A stretch of DNA of 64,000 nt from Methylophilus sp. GTDB lineage: Bacteria; Pseudomonadota; Gammaproteobacteria; Burkholderiales; Methylophilaceae. The stretch covers positions 577-64,576 of the forward strand of contig DATHWT010000002.1 in assembly GCA_035460345.1 (NCBI GenBank), read 5' to 3'. A program made the position numbers and the translations under genes. The number at the start of each line of letters is the position of its first letter. Position 1 is the stretch's first letter. The notes beneath the pieces were generated by a model. It was not told where the DNA came from and did not search any database. It saw only the letters and a program-made list of their open reading frames with translations. Positions 18,752-27,818 of this stretch are shown piece by piece.

Positions 18752-19761
18752 GGGTTTTAGGCACACAGAGTTGCCACAATGTGGGAGAGCTCAGCGAAGT
18801 GTCATCGGCGCGCAGGGCAGGTGTCGAGATGAGCCGCAAACTAGGGTTCAATGACGTGCGCTCCGGGGAGCTGGCCATCATCATTACCGAAGCAGCCACC
18901 AATATAGGCAAGCATGCAAAATCAGGGCAAATCTACCTAAGAGCGATTTCAGAAGGTGATAAACATGGCATAGAGGTGCTTGCCGTGGACTCAGGACCCG
19001 GCATGCGCGATATTGAAATCAACTTCATCGATGGCAACTCTTCCACAGGCACATCTGGTACCGGTCTGGGGGCCATTAAACGGTTGGCACATTTTATGGA
19101 CATTTACTCTGAGCATAATAAAGGCACCGTGCTGCTGATGATCCTATGGGCAGACCCTGAAATCATCTCGGAAAATTTCTGGGAGATTGGCAATATGTGC
19201 CTGCCGATTCCTACTGAAGATGTATGTGGAGATTCCTGGATTGCAGTAGGCTCAAAAAATGGCTTAAGTGTATTGGTCGCTGATGGATTAGGCCATGGCC
19301 AGGGCGCGGCAGACGCCTCATTGTTGGCGGTGAAAGCCTTGCAAGACGATCCAGAGTTATTTCCTGCCAGAGTGATGCAAAATAGCCATCTGCTCATGCG
19401 AGGTAGTCGTGGCGCAGCAGTGGCTGTGGCCAGAATCGATACGAACGCGAATGAACTAAGATATTGCGGTATCGGCAATATCGCCGGATGTATTTGCACA
19501 CAGGAAAGTCGTCAACATCTGATCAGTCATAATGGTATCGTCGGCAATAACATGCGTAAAACACATGAATTTCTGCACAAATGGACGGATGACTCGATTG
19601 TCATCATGCATTCCGACGGTATAGGCACGAAGTGGTCGGTTGAACATTATCCAGAGCTTGAAAAACGTCATTCATCCGTGATTGCGGCTGTGCTTCACAG
19701 AGACTTCACCCGTGGCAGAGATGACGCCACCATTGTGGTGTTCAAGCGAATACTAAACTAG
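18736..19761 (+). CDS. RsbT-like ATPase fused to a PP2C/SpoIIE phosphatase (RsbX-like)
   Basis: N-terminal TEAATNI...DSGPGM...GTGLGAIKRL; C-terminal CGDSW, VADGLGHG, HSDGI, RDDATIVV. Confidence 0.9.
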   Translation: MEVRMRVLGTQSCHNVGELSEVSSARRAGVEMSRKLGFNDVRSGELAIIITEAATNIGKHAKSGQIYLRAISEGDKHGIEVLAVDSGPGMRDIEINFIDGNSSTGTSGTGLGAIKRLAHFMDIYSEHNKGTVLLMILWADPEIISENFWEIGNMCLPIPTEDVCGDSWIAVGSKNGLSVLVADGLGHGQGAADASLLAVKALQDDPELFPARVMQNSHLLMRGSRGAAVAVARIDTNANELRYCGIGNIAGCICTQESRQHLISHNGIVGNNMRKTHEFLHKWTDDSIVIMHSDGIGTKWSVEHYPELEKRHSSVIAAVLHRDFTRGRDDATIVVFKRILN

Positions 19762-19767
19762 GTTCAC

Positions 19768-21591
19768 ATGTCTATCAGATTTCTCGCTTTAAATATCGAA
19801 ACAGAACTGGATGTCGTGGCTGCGCGCCAGCGCGCCAGGGATATTGCCGGCATCTGTGGCTTTGCTTTGCAGGACCAGGCGCGCATTTCCACCGCCGTTT
19901 CGGAACTGGCAAGAAATGTATACAACTATGCCGGTAAAGGCAGGATTGAATATTCGATTGAAGGATCCACTGTTCCTCAGTTATTAAAAATACTGATTGA
20001 AGATCAAGGCCCGGGTATCCCCCATATCAAAGAAGTGTTGTCTGGCGGCTATCAATCTCCAACCGGCATGGGGCTGGGTGTGATTGGCGCAAAAAGATTG
20101 ATGGACCGCTTTGAAATCACAACAAACAGTGACGGTACAACAATCATTCTGCGCAAATTCCTGCCGAGCTCAGCGCAACTGCTGACGCCGATGATGATTG
20201 GAAGCTCGATTTCCAATCTTTCAGAACTGGCACCGAATATCTCCTTGTCCGAAGTACAGCATCAAAACAGGGAACTCCTGCGCACCTTGGATGAATTAAA
20301 TGCGAGGCAAAAAGAATTGCTCTTGCTCACACAGGAGCTTGAAGATACCAACCGGGGTGTTGTCGCGCTGTATGCTGAACTGGATGAGAAAGCCAGCCAT
20401 TTGCGCCGGGCGGACGAATTAAAGTCCAGGTTCCTTTCAAATATGAGCCATGAGTTCAGGACACCCCTTAATTCCATCAGGGCGCTGGCAAAATTATTAT
20501 TAGATAAGATGGATGGCGATTTGACGGCTGAGCAGGAAGTGCAAGTCGAATTCATTATGAAGGGTGCAGTTTCTTTGAGCGACCTGGTAAATGATTTACT
20601 GGATATCGCCAAAATTGAGGCTGGAAAAACCGAGATCAAACCGACTACGTTCTATGTCAGTGAAATGCTGAGCGCATTGCGGGGCATGCTCAAGCCATTA
20701 TTAGTTTCTAACAAACTCGCCCTGAATTTCACCTTTCCGGAAGAAGATATCGAGTTGTTTCAGGATGAGCCCAAGCTCTCGCAGATCCTGCGCAACTTCA
20801 TCTCCAATGCGCTTAAGTTCACTGAGGCTGGCAGTATTGATGTGAGTGTGTTCATCGCCAATGATCAATGCGTCACCTTCTCAGTGAAAGATACCGGCCT
20901 AGGCATTTCTGCAGAGCATCTTGAAGTGATATTCGAGGAATTTTCCCAGATAGAGAATCGTTTGCAGAAAGACGTCAAGGGCACAGGCCTGGGCTTGCCT
21001 CTCTGTAAAAACCTGGCCACGCTACTCAAAGGAAAAGTCTCGGTCGAAAGCAAGGTTGGTGAAGGCTCTACCTTTTCGGTGACGGTGCCTGCCCAGTTTA
21101 AAGTCATTAACCCTGTGGAAGCGCTCAACCCGGCATTAGTGGCATCGGATAATCGCTTGCCTGTCATGATCATCGAAGACGAGGATTATGAACAATTGTT
21201 GTATGAGCGCTATTTAGGGGACAGCGAGTTTAAAGCCATCCCTGCGCGCTCCCTGCGGGAAGCCAATGCCTTATGGGGTCAGGTAAAACCGGTAGCTGTG
21301 TTATTAGACATTTTACTCAAAGGGGAGGACTCCTGGCGCTGGTTAGCAGAACTGAAACAGGACAACGAACGCCAGCATGTGCCGGTGATTGTAGCTTCAA
21401 GTGTAGAGGATGAAAGAAAAGGCCTGGCTTTAGGGGCAGATGCCTACTACCACAAGCCCTTGCTCAAAGCCGATTTACTTAGCAGCTTAAGGGAGTTACT
21501 TCATGTGCAGCAGGATGATTCTTTAAAAGCATTAGTCGCCAAACAATCGAACATTGATGTAAAGATCAACGCTGCGGATACTTCAAAATGA
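19768..21591 (+). CDS. Hybrid histidine kinase: RsbT-like ATPase - coiled coil - HisKA - HATPase - receiver
   Basis: N-terminal STAVSELARN...DQGPGI...GMGLGVIGAKRLMD; MSHEFRTPL; NFISNALKFT; DTGLGI; GTGLGL; C-terminal receiver IIEDE...LLDILL...HKP. Confidence 0.93.
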   Translation: MSIRFLALNIETELDVVAARQRARDIAGICGFALQDQARISTAVSELARNVYNYAGKGRIEYSIEGSTVPQLLKILIEDQGPGIPHIKEVLSGGYQSPTGMGLGVIGAKRLMDRFEITTNSDGTTIILRKFLPSSAQLLTPMMIGSSISNLSELAPNISLSEVQHQNRELLRTLDELNARQKELLLLTQELEDTNRGVVALYAELDEKASHLRRADELKSRFLSNMSHEFRTPLNSIRALAKLLLDKMDGDLTAEQEVQVEFIMKGAVSLSDLVNDLLDIAKIEAGKTEIKPTTFYVSEMLSALRGMLKPLLVSNKLALNFTFPEEDIELFQDEPKLSQILRNFISNALKFTEAGSIDVSVFIANDQCVTFSVKDTGLGISAEHLEVIFEEFSQIENRLQKDVKGTGLGLPLCKNLATLLKGKVSVESKVGEGSTFSVTVPAQFKVINPVEALNPALVASDNRLPVMIIEDEDYEQLLYERYLGDSEFKAIPARSLREANALWGQVKPVAVLLDILLKGEDSWRWLAELKQDNERQHVPVIVASSVEDERKGLALGADAYYHKPLLKADLLSSLRELLHVQQDDSLKALVAKQSNIDVKINAADTSK

Positions 21592-23132
21592 AAGACTCTC
21601 AGCCAAGAGCGGTTGGAATGATCAGGAATCATGCGCTGAGTGATTTCTTGATCCTGAATGTCGATGACACAGATGCGACCAGGTATGCAAAATCGAGGGT
21701 ACTGACTAAAGCAGGATTCAAAATCATAGAAGCCTCCAATGGCACTGATGCGCTGGCTTTAGCCAAGAGTGAACAACCGGATTTGATTTTACTGGACACC
21801 CGCCTGCCGGATATTAACGGGTTTGAGGTTTGCAGAAGATTAAAATCCGAAGCTGAGACGGACTCGATTGTCATTCTGCAAACCTCTGCCTCTTTCATTA
21901 CCTTGGGGGATAAAATCAACGGTATTGAATGCGGGGCCGATAATTATCTGTTTGAACCGATAGAGCCTGAAGAGCTGGTAGTCAATATCAAAGCCCTGCT
22001 TCGCTTGAGCCTGGCGGAGAAAGATGTACGCGAGATTGATAAAAGAAAAGATATCTTCCTGGCGACCCTTGCGCATGAACTGCGTAACCCTTTAGGCCCG
22101 ATCAGAAACTCGATCAAACTGCTTAAAACACTGGATACCACACTCAAGCCAAAAGAGCAGGAGTTGCTGGAGATCATCTCCCGCCAAACTGACCAGATGG
22201 TGAAGCTGGTCGATGATTTACTGGATGTTTCGCGTATCTCGCAGGGAAAAATTTCGCTGGATATTGAAACCTTGAAAGTGGGCGATTTTGTTACAGCAGC
22301 GGCAGAGAGCAGTAGTAATTTAATCAGTGATCGCGGACATACGCTCAAATTAAATATACTGCCTGAAGCGCTGTGGGTAGCAGGAGACAGGGTCAGGCTT
22401 ATCCAGATCATCAGTAACCTGATTAATAATGCCGCTAAATTTACGCCTTATGGCGGGTTAATTACAGTCGATGTAGTTAAAGATGCAGAATCTGTATTGA
22501 TACAAGTGATTGATAACGGCATCGGGCTGGACAGTCATCATCTGCACAATATTTTTGATCTGTTTGTGCAGCATGCGCATACAGAAGAACGCGCGCAAGA
22601 AGGCCTGGGCATCGGCCTGGCGCTGGTAAAGAACCTGACCGACCTGCACCAAGGAGAAATCCGGGTGACAAGCCCCGGCGTGCACTTGGGCAGCACCTTC
22701 ATATTGGCGCTAAAGCTGGTGGATGCACCGCAGACCGAAGTGAAACCCGTAGTTGCCCAGGCACTCCCCAGGGAAAATGTACGCGTATTGGTAGTGGATG
22801 ATAATGAGGATGCTGCCAGCACACTTTCTGATTTGCTGGAGTTGGCGGGTAACCTGGTGAGGACCGCCTACTCAGGGAAGCAAGGCTTGGCGGCAGCCAG
22901 GGAATTCAAACCCAGCATCATTTTTCTGGATATCGGACTACCAGATATGACAGGTTATGAAGTAGCACAAGCGCTACGCAGTGATGACGAACTCAACAAG
23001 TGCTATTTAATCGCGCTAACCGGCTATGGTACAGAGGCAGACCGTAAAATGGCTTTGGATGCAGGTTTTGACCTGCATTTAACCAAACCGCTCGATTACG
23101 AAAAAATTGAGTCTATTAACTTGGGGCTTTAA
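21588..23132 (+). CDS. Hybrid histidine kinase: receiver - HisKA - HATPase - receiver
   Basis: NVDD...LLDTRLPD; LAHELRNPL; NLINNAAKFT; GLGIGL; VVDDNED...FLDIGLPD...HLTKP. Confidence 0.93.
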   Translation: MKDSQPRAVGMIRNHALSDFLILNVDDTDATRYAKSRVLTKAGFKIIEASNGTDALALAKSEQPDLILLDTRLPDINGFEVCRRLKSEAETDSIVILQTSASFITLGDKINGIECGADNYLFEPIEPEELVVNIKALLRLSLAEKDVREIDKRKDIFLATLAHELRNPLGPIRNSIKLLKTLDTTLKPKEQELLEIISRQTDQMVKLVDDLLDVSRISQGKISLDIETLKVGDFVTAAAESSSNLISDRGHTLKLNILPEALWVAGDRVRLIQIISNLINNAAKFTPYGGLITVDVVKDAESVLIQVIDNGIGLDSHHLHNIFDLFVQHAHTEERAQEGLGIGLALVKNLTDLHQGEIRVTSPGVHLGSTFILALKLVDAPQTEVKPVVAQALPRENVRVLVVDDNEDAASTLSDLLELAGNLVRTAYSGKQGLAAAREFKPSIIFLDIGLPDMTGYEVAQALRSDDELNKCYLIALTGYGTEADRKMALDAGFDLHLTKPLDYEKIESINLGL

Positions 23133-23168
23133 GCTTATGGCTGCATGGCCAGCTGACTAAGCGATTTT

Positions 23169-23807
23169 CTAGGTGATTCTGGATATTAAAATCTGCTGAG
23201 CTTCTTTCTTCACAGTGGCACCTCCACTGATTAGACTGATGTTGTCCCACTGCATAAAAACTGCACTTCCATTCACCACTTTATTCTCCCGACTTGGTAA
23301 TTCACTGATCGTCAACTCAAGCGCAAGCCCCTCTGCGTCTTCCCTGTCAGAGATCATTAGTTGTGATGCTTTATCTACGGTATCTATATAAGTCAGCAGG
23401 CAGCATATAAATACATTCCTGACGACAGACACCTTTACCAATGCTGTTGAACGGACGTTATTGCACAAAGAGATATTACTGGTGTAAATATCCATCTTAA
23501 GCAAATCCAGGCACTCTTCCACAATTTCACTCAATGGCTGCAGACTGTTCTCATCTGGATTTAGCCAGCTGAAAAGGTCTATGGTAGCGTCAGTAGCAGC
23601 GTTTAAAGATTCCTTGAGTTCTTGTAAGCGCTTTAACAGAAACCCGGATTCAATTTGACCAGCCTGTATCTTTTTACCCATCAGATGGGAAAGCAATGCA
23701 ATCGGTTGCATACGGCCTAGCATTCTGTGCCGGAACCCGGGTGTGACACGTTTGATAATCTCAAATCTAAGTGCTACTGCGGAGGAATGATTAGGAGTGA
23801 TGGTCAT
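23169..23807 (-). CDS. Putative histidine phosphotransferase / degenerate kinase-fold protein
   Basis: H-box-like helix PGFRHRMLGRMQPIALL, then LSEIVEECLDLL as in kinase CA domains, but no N/G boxes; convergent on the stressosome kinases. Confidence 0.5.
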   Translation of the reverse strand: MTITPNHSSAVALRFEIIKRVTPGFRHRMLGRMQPIALLSHLMGKKIQAGQIESGFLLKRLQELKESLNAATDATIDLFSWLNPDENSLQPLSEIVEECLDLLKMDIYTSNISLCNNVRSTALVKVSVVRNVFICCLLTYIDTVDKASQLMISDREDAEGLALELTISELPSRENKVVNGSAVFMQWDNISLISGGATVKKEAQQILISRIT

Positions 23808-23841
23808 GATGATTTCACTTGTTAATGCTTAGTTTCTGACT

Positions 23842-23913
23842 AAGTTCGGTTTTAGATTTAGGTTCGGTTTTAAATTTAGGTTAGGTTTTAAATTTAGCCC
23901 GGTTCTGATTTTT
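23842..23913. repeat. 18-bp tandem repeat x3-4
   Basis: AAGTTCGGTTTTAGATTT AGGTTCGGTTTTAAATTT AGGTTAGGTTTTAAATTT (AGCCCGGTTCTGATTTTT). Confidence 0.8.
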
Positions 23914-23955
23914 TGGCCTGGTTTCTTTGGTGTGTATTTTCTCTAGCGCGCCAAG

Positions 23956-24099
23956 TCAACTCAGCACAATACCTATTACCACTATGGTGGTAATAAATAT
24001 GAGAAACATCATTAAAACAGAAGCAAGCACTGCCCCGGCCGAAATAGCCATAGAGCCGATGTTACTTAACTGTTGTTTGCTAATATAACTTTTTGCCAT
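23956..24099 (-). CDS. 47-aa single-TM small protein (possibly prematurely stopped)
   Basis: Manual translation MAKSYISKQQLSNIGSMAISAGAVLASVLMMFLIFITTIVVIGIVLS*; motif promoter upstream. Confidence 0.55.
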   Translation of the reverse strand: MAKSYISKQQLSNIGSMAISAGAVLASVLMMFLIFITTIVVIGIVLS

Positions 24100-24167
24100 T
24101 GCGAACCTGTGGTTTAACTTTCTACATATTAATTTTTTAACTCTAAGTATTTTGTGTTCCAGGACGA

Positions 24168-24234
24168 ATCATGATGCATCCCATGAAGACGGTGTATCGC
24201 ATTCAGGCTGAGTTTCTTGTAAGAATCCGCGGAC
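24168..24234 (-). promoter_or_regulatory. Conserved stress-regulon promoter motif (instance 10)
   Basis: Plus strand: ATCATG-N33-GCTGA-N7-GTAAGA-ATCC-GCGGAC. Confidence 0.65.
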
Positions 24235-24450
24235 TAAGTAATTGATTAATTTGATATTAATCTGAAATTTCTCACAAAAAAAATCCCCACCGAAGTGGGG
24301 AGATAGATTAGGGTGTCTCAGGGAAAACAGAAGCGCTCTAAGCCAGCTACCTCTGTTACCGCTATATTCTCAATTTCTATCATTTTCCAATATAGTGAAA
24401 TCGCTGATTCCACAGTAGGCGCTATCTGACACGCCTTGATCAGGGGAATT

Positions 24451-25005
24451 TTACTGGCCTGAATAGACGACATCCACGCGACGGTCATGCTGGAAGCAAT
24501 CTTCCTCTGCACAATTCTGCTTGGAGCGTTCTTCGCCATAACTCACGGTTTCAATCTGCTGATCATTCACACCTTCAATATTGAGCGCTTTTTTCACGGC
24601 CACAGCACGACGCTGACCTAGCGCCAGGTTGTATTCATGGGTACCACGCTCGTCGGTGTTGCCTTGCACCACTACTTTGGTTTGCGGATGCGCCACCAGG
24701 TATTTTGCATGATTAGTGATCAGGCTGCGGTATTCGTCACGGATTGCATCGCTATCGTAATCAAAGAAAATCTGGCGCTTTGCCAGCTCTGAAGCGCTGA
24801 GTTGATCTTTGCTGGAATCCACGTCCACCGTTTTAATGGTGATCTTGTTAGGCGCAGCAGGCGTATCAGCGCTGCGATCGTCCTGCGTGACAGGGATCGG
24901 CTTGGTCACGCTGGAGCCTTCATTGACAGCAGGATTCATCGGTGTGCTTTTACAAGCGGATAATACCAATGCTAAAGCAGCAATTTTCCACAGATTATTT
25001 GTCAT
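24451..25005 (-). CDS. pal: Peptidoglycan-associated lipoprotein (OmpA-like domain)
   Basis: Lipobox LSAC; IFFDYDS...QGNTDERGTHEYNLALGQRRA...VSYGEER...DRRVDVVY. Confidence 0.92.
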   Translation of the reverse strand: MTNNLWKIAALALVLSACKSTPMNPAVNEGSSVTKPIPVTQDDRSADTPAAPNKITIKTVDVDSSKDQLSASELAKRQIFFDYDSDAIRDEYRSLITNHAKYLVAHPQTKVVVQGNTDERGTHEYNLALGQRRAVAVKKALNIEGVNDQQIETVSYGEERSKQNCAEEDCFQHDRRVDVVYSGQ

Positions 25006-25086
25006 GTTTTTTCCTTGAAATAGATCGTTATAAAATTTAGAAACCGCCCCGCCGTAATGTATCCAGCGCGTAAACGATGGCTACAC

Positions 25087-25413
25087 TCAGGTGGGTTCGG
25101 TAAAAGAATTCATGAAATCCGCACTGTAAAGCGCATCCGAAAAATGCGCCGCTTCATCATTGCGTGGCTGGGTATGTTGTACCTTCTCATGCGCAGCTGA
25201 AACGTCTTCATTTCCAGACAAATCATTGCCGGTCAAACTGGTGGAAACCCAGACCCTGTCGCTCGGGATATTCCAGCTGCTGTCGTTAGACACATAGGAA
25301 GAAATCAACAGAAACAACACTGCAGCAATAATACCGACTGTCACACTTGCCAAAGAAATGCCACTACGCACTTCGCCAGAACTATATCCAGTTGAACCCT
25401 CAGCTTGACTCAT
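25087..25413 (-). CDS. Hypothetical single-TM protein
   Basis: 108 aa, one hydrophobic segment, GGAGG RBS; lies between DUF3309 and pal on the same strand. Confidence 0.6.
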   Translation of the reverse strand: MSQAEGSTGYSSGEVRSGISLASVTVGIIAAVLFLLISSYVSNDSSWNIPSDRVWVSTSLTGNDLSGNEDVSAAHEKVQHTQPRNDEAAHFSDALYSADFMNSFTEPT

Positions 25414-25465
25414 GATAAACCTCCCTGATTGACTTGGTATTAAGCTACAGTAATCGAGAGGGCGA

Positions 25466-25621
25466 TCACGCCCCGCCTGTGAGGGCCAGAATGATCAATA
25501 TCAGAAGCACCAGGCCCAGACCACCGCTTGGGTAATAGCCCCATTTCGAGCTATGCGGCCAGGTTGGCAAGGCCCCAATCAGAGCAAGAATTAACACCAC
25601 TATCAGAATGGTATGCAGCAT
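25466..25621 (-). CDS. DUF3309-family small membrane protein (51 aa), copy 4
   Basis: MLHTILIVVLILALIGALPTWPHSSKWGYYPSGGLGLVLLILIILALTGGA; AGGAGA RBS. Confidence 0.9.
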   Translation of the reverse strand: MLHTILIVVLILALIGALPTWPHSSKWGYYPSGGLGLVLLILIILALTGGA

Positions 25622-25699
25622 GGACTTCTCCTGAAAACTCATCAACACACGTAAAATTGAATCGCTAATTTCTTAGAAGACTCAATGTCTGGAGGCTCA

Positions 25700-25766
25700 A
25701 TCATGCAAGCTTTGCCTGAAACGCTCTATACCGTTTCAGCTGAATTTAACGTAGGAATCATCGGAC
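25700..25766 (-). promoter_or_regulatory. Conserved stress-regulon promoter motif (instance 11)
   Basis: Plus strand: ATCATG-N33-GCTGA-N7-GTAGGA-ATCA-TCGGAC. Confidence 0.7.
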
Positions 25767-25906
25767 AAGAAAACAAAAAAAACCAAAGCATACACACGGG
25801 ATTTAAGAGCGAAACATAGGCTGCGAAAGGGTTAGATCAGTGATTGCCGCACTAAATTTTCCTACAACTATTTTTGTTAGAGCCTGTTACAGGGAGCTGA
25901 TAGTGT

Positions 25907-26029
25907 CTATGAAGACTGGCTATCCAGCCAAGCAAGTGCTTCCTCCAGAGTCTCAAATGCAATAGGTTTAGTCAGGTGGATATCAGACCCTGGATGTTTC
26001 GCCATGTCATCCAAAAAGTCATTACGCAT
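25907..26029 (-). pseudogene. C-terminal fragment of a response-regulator receiver domain
   Basis: Manual translation MRNDFLDDMAKHPGSDIHLTKPIAFETLEEALAWLDSQSS*; D.HLTKP motif without the N-terminal acidic pocket. Confidence 0.5.
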
Positions 26030-26118
26030 AAAAAAACCTAAGGGTATGCCTTAGGTTTTGTGGGCAAAAGCTGGTCTGAACTGTGTATCCCAATGCCTAT
26101 GAAAAACAATCAGTTCAC

Positions 26119-26538
26119 TTACTCAGCCCTGGATTTCAGATTTTCCAGCAGCGAATATTTTTCCCTATCGATCTCGTCCTGTGTCCTGATACCCATGCGC
26201 CTCAACACCGGTAGTGGTGGACACCACCCCTGCAGTCCGTGTTGCAATAGAAACGGCAACACTACTGCCGGTAAGGCCAGCCATTTTTTATTCAACGTTA
26301 ACCCAAGCAACAAGCCGGTCAATGCGAGTGTTGAAGCATTCACTTCCAGCACGCGCTCCACGTCCCACTCCTTCTCTAAAGCCAGGATGCGTTTTTTAAC
26401 TTCCCAGGCGGGCCGGCTTGAAAAGTACTGGATATTACGGTTGGTTACCAGATCAATATGAATATTGATATCTGGTGCAGTTGAGTTTCTAACCCGGTCA
26501 AACTGGTTGGTATTTCTTACTTGAAAGTTCACATCCAT
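26119..26538 (-). CDS. DUF2892/YgaP-like membrane protein
   Basis: WDVERVLEVNAS...LLQHGLQGWCPPLPVLRRMGIRT (GWCP motif). Confidence 0.75.
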   Translation of the reverse strand: MDVNFQVRNTNQFDRVRNSTAPDINIHIDLVTNRNIQYFSSRPAWEVKKRILALEKEWDVERVLEVNASTLALTGLLLGLTLNKKWLALPAVVLPFLLQHGLQGWCPPLPVLRRMGIRTQDEIDREKYSLLENLKSRAE

Positions 26539-26583
26539 GATGAATTCCTCAAATGTCTCGATTACGTAAGATTCAGGGCAGGC

Positions 26584-27294
26584 TTAAATGCCTGCGGCAT
26601 GCTTGATGTTAAGACCGAGCTTCATATTCGCCGGAATCGCTTTATCAATCATTTTTGGTGGCGGCAGATCCAGCGCATCCATGATGCGGATGAATTCCTC
26701 GCGGCTCTTGCCGGCAATCCGCTGATTATTGCGTTTCTCATGCCCTATGGTTGATTGCGTATTACCATCATAGTCATGGCATGGATACACAATCGTCTCG
26801 TCAGGATAGTTAAACAGTCGCTGCGTGATACTGTCGTAAAGCGCACCTGCGTCACCGTTCTGGAAATCCGTCCGACCGCATCCATCAATGAGCAGGCTGT
26901 CGCCAGTGAATAATTTCCCGTTCCAGAAATAAGACATGGCACCGGCGGTATGGCCAGGTGTATGTATGGCTTGAATGACTTGCTGATTGCCAAACGTTAA
27001 TGCCTGGCCGTCAGCCAACTGGATTTCAGCCGCAGTAATTTTGCAATGGGCTGGCGTGGCCGCTCTGGCGCCGGTTAATGAGCAAAGGGCACCTGCGGAA
27101 GTTATATGGTCTGCATGGGCATGTGTTTCGAGGACTAACCTGAGCTTCAGATTTTCTTTCGCCAGCAGGGTCATGTAGTCATTTAAATGCTGGTCTACCG
27201 GGTCGATAATAACGGCTTCTCTGGTATCAGCATCTATCAATATATACGTGTAAGTACTGGATTCATCATCAAAAAATTGATAAAGGTCCTTCAT
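26584..27294 (-). CDS. MBL-fold hydrolase, ETHE1 / persulfide dioxygenase-like
   Basis: SSTYTYIL..IIDPV...ETHAHADHIT...HTPGHT...TGDSLLIDGCGRTDFQ...YPCHDY...STIGHEK. Confidence 0.9.
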   Translation of the reverse strand: MKDLYQFFDDESSTYTYILIDADTREAVIIDPVDQHLNDYMTLLAKENLKLRLVLETHAHADHITSAGALCSLTGARAATPAHCKITAAEIQLADGQALTFGNQQVIQAIHTPGHTAGAMSYFWNGKLFTGDSLLIDGCGRTDFQNGDAGALYDSITQRLFNYPDETIVYPCHDYDGNTQSTIGHEKRNNQRIAGKSREEFIRIMDALDLPPPKMIDKAIPANMKLGLNIKHAAGI

Positions 27295-27435
27295 TCTTCA
27301 TCCCCGCGTTATTCTTGATATTCCTGTTTTTATTCAGCCTGGACTTCTACTTATCCAGGATCAGGCATTTTTCCAGGTTTGAGTACACATGTCAGTGCTT
27401 TGCATTTTGCAGAATAATCTTTTGCCACGATACAA

Positions 27436-27693
27436 TTACTTTGCAGAAGGTGAAACTGAATTTACTTGCTCGTTAGACGTTAACTGCATTTCAGCTTGGC
27501 TGGTCTCAGACAAAAACGGCGATTCTTTTTTCGACTCATCGTCAAACATTGATCCAATCACCATGTCTACCGCAATCAACCCTATGAGCATTGCGACCAG
27601 CACTGGCAAAACCTTTAATACTGACCAGGCGATCACATTGATCACACCATTTATGGCACTGGCAACCTCATTAATCACTGCTGGATATGACAT
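27436..27693 (-). CDS. Hypothetical small membrane protein
   Basis: 85 aa with one long hydrophobic segment and an acidic tail; GAGGA upstream. Confidence 0.5.
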   Translation of the reverse strand: MSYPAVINEVASAINGVINVIAWSVLKVLPVLVAMLIGLIAVDMVIGSMFDDESKKESPFLSETSQAEMQLTSNEQVNSVSPSAK

Positions 27694-27818
27694 CGTGAAA
27701 TCCTCTCAATCAAACATACTTAATGCTTAATCAGGCGCACTATTTGAACAGCGCACTACCAGATTGGACTCAAGTATCAGGACACAAGTTCTAAACTGGT
27801 AATGCCTCGTTTTTAACC

